Source: Candidatus Bathyarchaeota archaeon
GTDB taxonomy: Archaea; Thermoproteota; Bathyarchaeia; Bathyarchaeales; DTEX01
DNA: 64,000 nt
Assembly: GCA_018396995.1 (NCBI GenBank)
Contig: JAGTQB010000002.1
Coordinates: 1,503-65,502, forward strand
Reading direction: 5' to 3'
The position numbers and the translations under genes were made by a program. A model generated the notes under the pieces. The model searched no databases. It saw nothing but the letters and a program-made list of their open reading frames with translations, and had not been told where the DNA came from. Below are positions 56,347 to 64,000 of this stretch, piece after piece (position 1 is the stretch's first letter; the number at the start of each line of letters is the position of its first letter).

Positions 56347-58296
56347 GTGTTTAAATTGAATTCAAAGGCTGCGGCCAGTTTGTTCCTGACAGCTCTTCTA
56401 ATACTCATTATACTTGCAACGCCAATAACGCCTACCGCGAGAGCTGAAGAGTATATATTGCGTATTCCCACGGACTGTCCGCCAAGAACGTTTAACCCAT
56501 TACAGGCGGCTACCGATATTTGTCAAACAGTGTGGTTTTCAGGTTTACTTTATGAAACCTTGATCTTAAAAACATTTAATGATAGCTTAGTTCCTTGGTT
56601 AGCTAAAAGTTGGGAGATACTTGATAATGGCACTAGATATGTTTTCCACCTTGACGAGAGGGCTAAGTGGAGCGATGGAAAACCAGTCACTGCGAAAGAC
56701 GTAGAATTCACGTGGAAGTTAATAATGCAGTATGCATTTCCATCAATATTGCAGGGTATTCTTCAAGAGGTTAGAGCCGTTGACAATTATACCGTGGAAT
56801 TTATAACGACTAAGCCTTGGTTCAGATGGGATGTGGATTTTGGAATCAGTATCGTGCTGCCATCACATATATGGAGTGAGCTAGCCGACCCGCTGGGCTA
56901 CGACTTTATTGATGACCCCAGCAAGCATATAACCTCCGGCCCATTCATTTACGATTCATATAAGCCTGGTGAATGGTGGCTCTTTAAGAAGAGACCGAAC
57001 TATTGGAAGACTGAATCGATACCAAAAATAGACGGCGTCTTACTCAGGTTCGTTGCCGACTTCTCATTGTATCCATTCCTTCTCCTGAAGGATGAGGTTG
57101 ACATAGCTGAGCTACCCTTTTACCTACTACCCCAAGTTGTTGGTAAACCTAATATAGAGATCTGGATTAACCCAGTTCACAGAAATCAAGAGATCCTCTT
57201 CATAAATACGAGAATATATCCGCTTAACATTAAAGAGGTTAGGCTGGCAATTGAGTTAGCCATAGATAAGGTTGAGATAGCAAACTTCTACTTTATGGGT
57301 TACGGTGTACCCGCTAATTGTACGCTCTGGGACTTCACCACGTGGCGTGAAGTTTATGTTCCAGAGGCTGTATGGCCAGGGTGGGGTAAAACTAAGGAGG
57401 AGCGTATAGCTGAGGCTAATAGGATCCTTGATGAGTTAGGCTTTCATAGGGGGCCGGATGGTGTAAGAGTAACGCCAAATGGGACAAGACTGAGCTTTAA
57501 GTTTCTTGTGGAGATGGTTCCATTAACGGCAGTAAGACTGAGGGTGGCGGAGGCAATTTCCAGTTATTTGAGGGAGATAGGTATAGAGATAAGCAGTTTC
57601 CAGCCGCTAATGATACCGGACTTCTTTGCGGCAGTATTCTTTGCTGAAGAGGGCAAGCGAGATTACGGTTTTGCCGCCTTCACAGACGGAGAAATCTCGA
57701 ATATATGGTCTGACCTAGGATGGTTCCTGATGCCAATAAGGGGAATCAACTACTTGGCGGCTACAGGCTGGCATATAACCGCACCCGAAGCAGCTGAGAG
57801 GGTCAATGAGTTAGTCAGAAGAGCTTTTGAAAGCTTAAGCTATGAAGAAATGGTAGAATGCATCAAAGAGATTGTCAAAATACAGGCGGAGCATCTGCCA
57901 TTAATAACTATAGTACATTACCCGCTCTGGATATGGGCCTATAGAACAAATAGATTTACCAATTGGAACTTTGACGTCGTGACAAGGTGGACTGGTGGCG
58001 GAGGATTCCGTATACCTTGGAGACCCTTAGCAGTACAGGAGCTTACTCCAGTTGGTTGGAAGCCGCCTACTGCGCCGCCCACCACTCCACCAACAGCTCC
58101 GCCCACAACACCACCTACAGCCCCACCAACTACTCCTCCAACTGCCCCGCCCACCACTCCACCCACGGCTCCACCAGAAGCACCAGCAGCCCCAACAATA
58201 CCAATAGAACAAATAATTACCATAGTAGTAATAGTAGTAATCATAGCTGTTGCAGCAGGCTACTTTGCAGTTAGGGCCAAACGAAAAGCTAAATAG
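56347..58296 (+). CDS. Family 5 (oligopeptide/nickel-type) ABC substrate-binding protein with Pro/Thr linker and C-terminal TM anchor
   Basis: Signal peptide, LYETL, PWLAKSW, KWSDGKPVTAKDVEFT, GPF, Pro/Thr repeat, TM helix plus KRKAK. Confidence 0.92.
   Translation: MFKLNSKAAASLFLTALLILIILATPITPTARAEEYILRIPTDCPPRTFNPLQAATDICQTVWFSGLLYETLILKTFNDSLVPWLAKSWEILDNGTRYVFHLDERAKWSDGKPVTAKDVEFTWKLIMQYAFPSILQGILQEVRAVDNYTVEFITTKPWFRWDVDFGISIVLPSHIWSELADPLGYDFIDDPSKHITSGPFIYDSYKPGEWWLFKKRPNYWKTESIPKIDGVLLRFVADFSLYPFLLLKDEVDIAELPFYLLPQVVGKPNIEIWINPVHRNQEILFINTRIYPLNIKEVRLAIELAIDKVEIANFYFMGYGVPANCTLWDFTTWREVYVPEAVWPGWGKTKEERIAEANRILDELGFHRGPDGVRVTPNGTRLSFKFLVEMVPLTAVRLRVAEAISSYLREIGIEISSFQPLMIPDFFAAVFFAEEGKRDYGFAAFTDGEISNIWSDLGWFLMPIRGINYLAATGWHITAPEAAERVNELVRRAFESLSYEEMVECIKEIVKIQAEHLPLITIVHYPLWIWAYRTNRFTNWNFDVVTRWTGGGGFRIPWRPLAVQELTPVGWKPPTAPPTTPPTAPPTTPPTAPPTTPPTAPPTTPPTAPPEAPAAPTIPIEQIITIVVIVVIIAVAAGYFAVRAKRKAK
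58063..58176 (+). repeat. Coding tandem repeat (PPTAPPTT)x4.75, 24-nt unit
   Basis: The amino-acid repeat is perfect while third codon positions vary between units. Confidence 0.95.
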
Positions 58297-58478
58297 GAAG
58301 GGGCTCAAAAACTACAGCTACATTAAATATTTTTCAATACCCCACAAAATTTTTAATCTATGCCACTTCTATAATAATAGCCTTATTAAATCCACTTTTA
58401 ACACTAAACTTTTTCTGATGTAGGAGACTAGGCGCTATAGAGGGGGCTGAACACCCTCTCTCCAACTCTTCTCTATTT

Positions 58479-61385
58479 TTACCAGAACCTTCTTTTAAGA
58501 GCTTCCCGCTCAGCCTCTATTATTAATTCAAAAAATCTATCTGTCAGGGTTCTCTCCTTAGAGAGTATTTCTTTCACATCGCTTATTCGGAGCCTTTTAC
58601 CGGAGAGGGCTATGGCTGCAGCCTTACCATACTCTGCGACGAGACTCGCCGTTTTAAGAGCCTCCTCCCTGAGATACTCCTCACATTTATTTAGTTTTTC
58701 CTCTTTCTTCTCTATAAGTGGATACGCTTCCTCCTCTTCAACTTCAAGTATACCGAGTCTGGGAGAACCACATTTCGGGCACAATGGCTTATCGGGTAGA
58801 TCCTTCAAGGTTATCATCTCTATGTAATCCCAGCACTCGGTGCAGATGAAGGTTCTCGTCTCTCCTAGAAGCCTAGCTTTAGCGGACTCTATCAGAATCC
58901 TCCGCATCTTATCTGGCGGTATTAAATCGGTTTTCATACTCACACGCTCCATTCCGACACGGGCTATGGGCGTGAGCTCACCGCCAGTCTCCATATATAC
59001 TATCTCTATCTCACCTCGCCTTATCATGCCGAAAACCTTTATCAAATTTTTAAGATCTAGGTCTTTCGTGAAGACCTCCTTTAAAGCTTCTTCATAAATT
59101 ACAGTATCCTCAAAACTCTTAACCAGGTTTCTTAAGCTTATGCTCTCAAAGTCAACATCTTTCTGTATCGCACCGAACCTTCTAGCAACATGTATTAGGC
59201 GTCTCTTAAATATGCCAGTTTTAATAACAGCTCTGGTGATGAGATCCCTTATTTGCTCCTCATTATAATCCTTTAGGTCATAAATGATTTTGATAACGGT
59301 TTTTGGCTCGGCTCTCTCTACGGCTTGGATGAATATTCTGTAGGGGTCATGTTGGGTTATTATCGAGTAGCCAGTCACCTCTGAGAGAACGTGGCCTAAA
59401 ATTTGTGCGAGAGCCCTATTTGTTAAGGAGCCAAAGTTACAGTGTAATACTATGAAGTCCTCCCACTCCTCCACTACTATACGCCTATCTGTTGGAGCGG
59501 GATAGCCGAGCTTCACGTGCTCAACAGTTTCAGCTATTGCATCGAGTATCGTCTTCTCGTCCGCTGGATATTTCTTAGAGAGTTCCCTCGCCAACTCGTT
59601 TGGAGTGAAGCCAGCTTTAATCTTCTCCTCCACAAACGCTCTTATTGAACCCACTTCCTGTGCGACCTCAAATGGGACGGGTATCTCCTCCCCAACCCAG
59701 CTCGGAATGGCCCCGGTTGGATCCTCAACTGATTTCACATAAATCCTGTCGCCCTCTATGCTCACTATCTTCCACGGACTACCACGGATGATGAACTTAA
59801 CCCCCGGTTTACCATACTCGGCGACGAAAGCCTCGTCAAGTAAGCCCACGGCTGTATCAGTCTCCTTATCTATCACCAAGTAGTGTTTCTCGTCTGGTAT
59901 CATTGAGAGGTTCTCGAAGAAGTACTCAAAGAGAGCTTTCGAATTGCGTGGTTTAAGGAGTACACCCTCGTCGAATGATACCCAGGCCAGTCTCGGAAAC
60001 CTATTATGCATGTAATCTAAGACCCTATTTATTTCGTCGATAGATAGGTCTCTATATGGGTATGCTCTTCTATAGAGATCATATATTTCTTCGACCTTTA
60101 CGCGTTTTTTCTTAAGTAAGAGGGCAGCTATTTGGTGGGCGAGGGCATCCAGCGGCTTCTCCGGTATATCTACTGGCTCAAGCTCTTCAGCATAAGCCTT
60201 TCTGCCTATGACCATCGCTTCTAATGTGTCATCCGAGTCCATGGTAATTATCACGCCATTAGCCATGTGACCAATCCTATGACCACTCCTACCAACCCGC
60301 TGTATTAATCTTGTTACCTGTCGTGGGCTCATATACTGGATAACTAAATCTATTCTACCAACGTCTATGCCGAGCTCCAGGCTACTTGTGCAGACAAGAC
60401 CTCGTAGCTCCCCCTCCTTCAACCCCTTCTCGGCAGCTATCCTAGATGGCTTAGCTAAGGAGCCGTGGTGGATCGAGACTGGAAAGTTCACATCCCATAT
60501 CTTAAATCTACTTGCTAGGATTTCGGAGATCGTTCTAGTGTTCGTAAAGAGGAGGGTTGAATTATGCTTCTCTATCAGCTGACGCATGACCCTGAGTCTC
60601 GCAGCGACTTCCGGGTGAGTGTATAGCTTTGAAGCCAATTCATAATCTTGTGGTTCTGGTTTAGGATAAAGTATCTGTATCTTCATTAGTCTGGCAACTG
60701 GAACCTTAATAACTTCTATTGGTCTGTTATTACCGACCAGGAATTGGGCAACTTTCTCCGGAGTACCTATCGTTGCGGAGAGACCTATTATCTGAAAATC
60801 CCTGTTAGATATGGCTCTAAGCCTCTCAAGAGCTAATGCTAGCTGGCTTCCGCGTTTGCTATCGGCTAGCTCGTGAACTTCGTCAACTATTACCCAGCGT
60901 ATTGACTGGAGGTGGCGGCGCATGACCCTGCCAGCTAATATTGATTGGAGGGTTTCAGGCGTAGTTATTAGTACGTCAGGGGGGCTTCTTGCCTGTCTTG
61001 CCCGCTCATTTATATCTGTATCACCATGTCTAACGGCCAGCTTGATATCTAAGTTATTACACCACCATTCCAACCGCTCAAGCATGTCACGGTTTAGGGC
61101 CCTTAGAGGCGTAATATACAGGACTTTTATTCCATGCTCTTTCCTGGGCGCTTGAATGAGCATGTGTAGAACTGGGAGGAAGGCTGCTTCTGTTTTTCCG
61201 CTGGCTGTTGGCGATATTAAAAGCACATTCTTTCCTTCGAGTATCTTTGGTATAACCTTCTCCTGTGGCTCAGTAGGAGCCTTAAATCCTTTCTCTTCAA
61301 TGAGCTTACGTAGAGGACGGGCTAGCAAATCGAATGCATTCTTCATCCTCTTCTCCTGAATCTGCTGCTGATCTGCTGCGCTCAA
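58479..61385 (-). CDS. lhr: Lhr family ATP-dependent helicase
   Basis: PTASGKT, YITPLRALNRD, RHGDT, TTPETL, DEVH, SAT, HHGSL, SLELGIDVG, QRVGRSGH, C-terminal Zn finger. Confidence 0.95.
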   Translation of the reverse strand: MSAADQQQIQEKRMKNAFDLLARPLRKLIEEKGFKAPTEPQEKVIPKILEGKNVLLISPTASGKTEAAFLPVLHMLIQAPRKEHGIKVLYITPLRALNRDMLERLEWWCNNLDIKLAVRHGDTDINERARQARSPPDVLITTPETLQSILAGRVMRRHLQSIRWVIVDEVHELADSKRGSQLALALERLRAISNRDFQIIGLSATIGTPEKVAQFLVGNNRPIEVIKVPVARLMKIQILYPKPEPQDYELASKLYTHPEVAARLRVMRQLIEKHNSTLLFTNTRTISEILASRFKIWDVNFPVSIHHGSLAKPSRIAAEKGLKEGELRGLVCTSSLELGIDVGRIDLVIQYMSPRQVTRLIQRVGRSGHRIGHMANGVIITMDSDDTLEAMVIGRKAYAEELEPVDIPEKPLDALAHQIAALLLKKKRVKVEEIYDLYRRAYPYRDLSIDEINRVLDYMHNRFPRLAWVSFDEGVLLKPRNSKALFEYFFENLSMIPDEKHYLVIDKETDTAVGLLDEAFVAEYGKPGVKFIIRGSPWKIVSIEGDRIYVKSVEDPTGAIPSWVGEEIPVPFEVAQEVGSIRAFVEEKIKAGFTPNELARELSKKYPADEKTILDAIAETVEHVKLGYPAPTDRRIVVEEWEDFIVLHCNFGSLTNRALAQILGHVLSEVTGYSIITQHDPYRIFIQAVERAEPKTVIKIIYDLKDYNEEQIRDLITRAVIKTGIFKRRLIHVARRFGAIQKDVDFESISLRNLVKSFEDTVIYEEALKEVFTKDLDLKNLIKVFGMIRRGEIEIVYMETGGELTPIARVGMERVSMKTDLIPPDKMRRILIESAKARLLGETRTFICTECWDYIEMITLKDLPDKPLCPKCGSPRLGILEVEEEEAYPLIEKKEEKLNKCEEYLREEALKTASLVAEYGKAAAIALSGKRLRISDVKEILSKERTLTDRFFELIIEAEREALKRRFW

Positions 61386-61500
61386 AGTAATCAGCCAATC
61401 TCTCTAAAATAGATTACTGGCAACACTAAGAATAAAGTATTAATGAGGAATAAAAGTAAAAGTGTTTTGCTAGTCTTTTACACTCATATAGACCCGAATA

Positions 61501-62157
61501 TTAACGTGACATTGCTGTCGAGAGAATTATGTGGGCCGCGAAAGTGACGAGAAAGGCTGAACTAACTAAGAGTATTATTTTAAGGGCCTTCTCGTTTAGA
61601 ACTCTTCTACTTTCATGCGCAGAGTAGCTTACAAAGCTAAACCAGAGAAGGTCTGCGGAGGAGTGCCCAACCAGGAAGAGAATGAAGCCAAGAGCCCCGG
61701 CTATAGATATAGAGTTAATCATTATTGGGAAACCCGTTGTTAGCCACCACAAAAAGAAATATGGATTTGAGCAACTAGTTAAGAAGCCTAGAGAAATCAG
61801 CTTATACATAGGTGTCTTTTTATGCTCAACTAAATCTTTTTTACTCAATGTATTGTCAATTCGCATTCTAAATGCATCAAAAATAGATTTTAAGCCCATA
61901 AGAACTAGTATGATGCCGCCAATATAGCCAACTGCCATCTTAACCCCCTCAAACTGCAGAACATGTTGCAAACCCGTAAAGGCCATTAACATCATTACAC
62001 CCTCGATTGAGAAGTGTCCTAAAATAATTAGGGGGCCAGCAGCCTTACCATTTTTAATTGATTCTGAGAAAACTACTGCGAAAACTGGTCCTGGAACTGT
62101 GGCTCCTGAGAGGGCTGCTAGAAAAGATGAGGAGGTTATCCAGAATAGATTAATCAT
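61501..62157 (-). CDS. LysE family translocator
   Basis: ALSGA.VPGP, GPLIILGH...E, SNPYFFLWW, H...DLLW. Confidence 0.9.
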   Translation of the reverse strand: MINLFWITSSSFLAALSGATVPGPVFAVVFSESIKNGKAAGPLIILGHFSIEGVMMLMAFTGLQHVLQFEGVKMAVGYIGGIILVLMGLKSIFDAFRMRIDNTLSKKDLVEHKKTPMYKLISLGFLTSCSNPYFFLWWLTTGFPIMINSISIAGALGFILFLVGHSSADLLWFSFVSYSAHESRRVLNEKALKIILLVSSAFLVTFAAHIILSTAMSR

Positions 62158-62166
62158 AGTCTAACC

Positions 62167-62670
62167 CTAGTAGACCGAGACTTTCTCCACACCCTTTATT
62201 TTAAGGAACTCTGGTATCAGATCGCCAGGTATTTTTGTCTCAGTTATCAAAATCAGTTTCGGTTCTGGCGTGAGCTCCGGATCGTCGACCACTGCCTGTC
62301 GTATGCTTATATTTTTGCTGGCTATTAGGGAGGCGGCTGCAGCCAATATCCCTGGCATCCTAGCGTCCACGGGTGTTATCTCAAGAACCCCGAAGTTTAG
62401 GTATTTTGCCACCTCACGGAGAGAGGGGCCTGCAGGGCTTAGATTTTCAAAAATAACCTTTAGTTCTGGATTACTTTCTATCATCTTTATCGTTTGGACA
62501 ACAGTTCTTCTATCAACATTAGCAGCACGGCTTATTCTAACCACTGGCACAAGTATGTTTCCACAATAAATTTTTCCGCCTCTAACACTCAAACCATACT
62601 TAATCAATATTTTTGCAACAATAAGTCTTTCAGGATAATTGCCTATGTAACTCACTATTTTATTCCACAT
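62167..62670 (-). CDS. ACT-domain regulator of amino acid metabolism (COG2150-like)
   Basis: MW......YP....VA..L..YGLSV, VDRRTV, PGILA......NISIRQ...DDPE. Confidence 0.88.
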   Translation of the reverse strand: MWNKIVSYIGNYPERLIVAKILIKYGLSVRGGKIYCGNILVPVVRISRAANVDRRTVVQTIKMIESNPELKVIFENLSPAGPSLREVAKYLNFGVLEITPVDARMPGILAAAASLIASKNISIRQAVVDDPELTPEPKLILITETKIPGDLIPEFLKIKGVEKVSVY

Positions 62671-62810
62671 CGTTACCAGCTCTTAAAGAACTAATCTAAA
62701 GAAAACTATGTAGCTTAAATTTTTAAAGATATCTTTATTTATTGGCAGTGACGTATAAAAGTAAAAATTAATAGTGCCTTTAAACCTAGAAGTTTGCTGG
62801 AGGACTAATC

Positions 62811-63251
62811 TTGCCTAAGAAGGAGAAGGGTCGCTCCCACTCCACTAGACCTGTTGGGAAGAGGCCGCCTAGTTGGTGTAAATACACTCCTGAAGAGGTT
62901 ATAGCGTTAGTTATTAAGCTTGCTAGGGAGGGAAATCCGCCGAGCAAGATAGGTATAATACTCCGTGATCAATATGGTATACCGCTTGTTAAATCCATAG
63001 TTGGTAAGGGGATACTTGAAATTCTGAGAGAGAATGGTCTGGCACCTAAAATACCGGAGGACCTGGAGAACCTCATTAGGAAGGCTATGCGTATAATAGC
63101 GCACTTGGAGAAGCATAAGAAGGATACGCATAACAAGAGGGCCCTTCAGTTGGTTGAGTCGAGGATACACCGTCTAGCAGAATATTATAAGGAGAGGGGT
63201 ATACTGCCTCCCAACTGGGAGTATAAAACGGTGGTCGCCTCCATAAGTTAA
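62811..63251 (+). CDS. rps15: 30S ribosomal protein S15 (S13e)
   Basis: GRSHSTRP, PSKIGIILRDQYGIP, IPEDL.NL, LVESRIHRL..YYK. Confidence 0.97.
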   Translation: MPKKEKGRSHSTRPVGKRPPSWCKYTPEEVIALVIKLAREGNPPSKIGIILRDQYGIPLVKSIVGKGILEILRENGLAPKIPEDLENLIRKAMRIIAHLEKHKKDTHNKRALQLVESRIHRLAEYYKERGILPPNWEYKTVVASIS

Positions 63252-63261
63252 TGGGGTTCAT

Positions 63262-64000
63262 ATGGCGGGTAAGGATCGCGTAAATGAGTTCATTCAGGAA
63301 ACCAAGAGGGTTTCAGAGGAGATTCTCAAGAGTATTGATAGGGGGATGCGAATTCTTTTAATCTCGCATTTGGATGCAGATGGCATATCGGCTGCAGGGA
63401 TACTGGGCAAAGCTCTCATAAGGGCTGGGGCAACTTTATCGATTAGGATAGAGAGATGGATGGAGTGGAGGATTGCCGAGGAAGTCTCTTTATATGCTGG
63501 GGAGGATTTGCTGCCAATATTCACCGATATGGGAAGCGGTTATCTCGACATTTTAGGTGCTAAACTCGAGAAAAAGCGCATAATTATACTCGACCACCAC
63601 CAGCCCATCGGGAACCCCAGGGAGAATTTCCTGCACGTTAATCCACACCTCTTTGGGATAGATGGATCAAGAGATATAAGCTCGGCTGGAATATCATATT
63701 TCATCGCCAAGCTTATGGACGAAAGGAACTCTGATTTAGCTCATTTGGCTGTTGTAGGAGCACTTGGTGATCTGCAAGATAAGTATGAGGGAAGGAGGCT
63801 GGGTGGACTTAATGATATCATTGTTAAAGATTCTATTGAAACTGGCTTCCTTAATGTTGAGACGGATTTGCTCCTCTTCGGCAGGGAGACGCGGCCAGTG
63901 TATAAGGCGCTTGCCTACCTCACAAATCCATACATCCCGGGGATAAGTGGTGAAGAGGATAAGTGTCTGGCCTTCCTGAGTAGTCTCAATATCAGTCTCA
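63262..64000 (+). CDS. RecJ-like DHH phosphoesterase, 3' end runs off the window
   Basis: Not in the ORF track. Translation from ATG 63262 gives ...LISHLDADGISAAGI...FTDMGSG...ILDHHQP...VNPHLFGIDG..DISSAG...AVVGALGDLQD. This is the usual position after rps15. Confidence 0.92.
   Translation, partial: MAGKDRVNEFIQETKRVSEEILKSIDRGMRILLISHLDADGISAAGILGKALIRAGATLSIRIERWMEWRIAEEVSLYAGEDLLPIFTDMGSGYLDILGAKLEKKRIIILDHHQPIGNPRENFLHVNPHLFGIDGSRDISSAGISYFIAKLMDERNSDLAHLAVVGALGDLQDKYEGRRLGGLNDIIVKDSIETGFLNVETDLLLFGRETRPVYKALAYLTNPYIPGISGEEDKCLAFLSSLNISL

Noticed and set aside
58063-58176. Possible CRISPR array
   Set aside because: It is a degenerate tandem coding repeat with no spacers. No repeat-spacer array or cas gene was seen anywhere in the window.
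57939-58308. Gly/Val- and Trp/Cys-rich repeat ORFs that look like RiPP precursors
   Set aside because: They are antisense or alternate-frame shadows of the Pro/Thr linker of the solute-binding protein.
12374-62670. Genome-wide TAG recoding (pyrrolysine)
   Set aside because: Several conserved genes (ef1b, mgtC-like, tiaS, feoB) end at TAG at their expected lengths, and no pyl genes are in the window.
63294-63946. ORFs 63294-63524 (-) and 63764-63946 (+)
   Set aside because: They are shadows of the RecJ-like gene that starts at 63262 and runs off the window.

Overview
Gene-dense archaeal chromosomal segment of about 64 kb. It is most consistent with a TACK-lineage archaeon, probably Bathyarchaeia (inference from rpl13e, rpl15e, rps15-recJ, RNase P subunits, prefoldin beta, TiaS, Taw1, CDC48 and a tRNA with two non-canonical introns). 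Most of the window is housekeeping. Notable parts: (1) a group 4-type [NiFe]-hydrogenase cluster at 34.9-45.9 kb with no membrane subunits and no HdrA. It is interleaved with two HdrB genes and one HdrC gene, and its NuoC-like subunit carries a C-terminal tail resembling the C-terminus of HdrC, suggesting a soluble hydrogenase-disulfide reductase hybrid. (2) An adjacent GNAT / lysine 2,3-aminomutase-like / two Ddl-like ATP-grasp ligase cluster that may make a beta-amino-acid peptide. (3) A dtxR-feoAB operon with a perfect 36-bp palindromic operator, next to nikR. (4) tRNA-Val(GAC) with introns at 36/37 and 44/45, beside decayed integrase and vapBC remnants. (5) Unannotated relics, including an in-frame PEF-CTERM tail after an amber stop and an internally deleted ThiI-like gene. 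No CRISPR array or rRNA was seen. All calls come from motif recognition by eye; no database searches were run.
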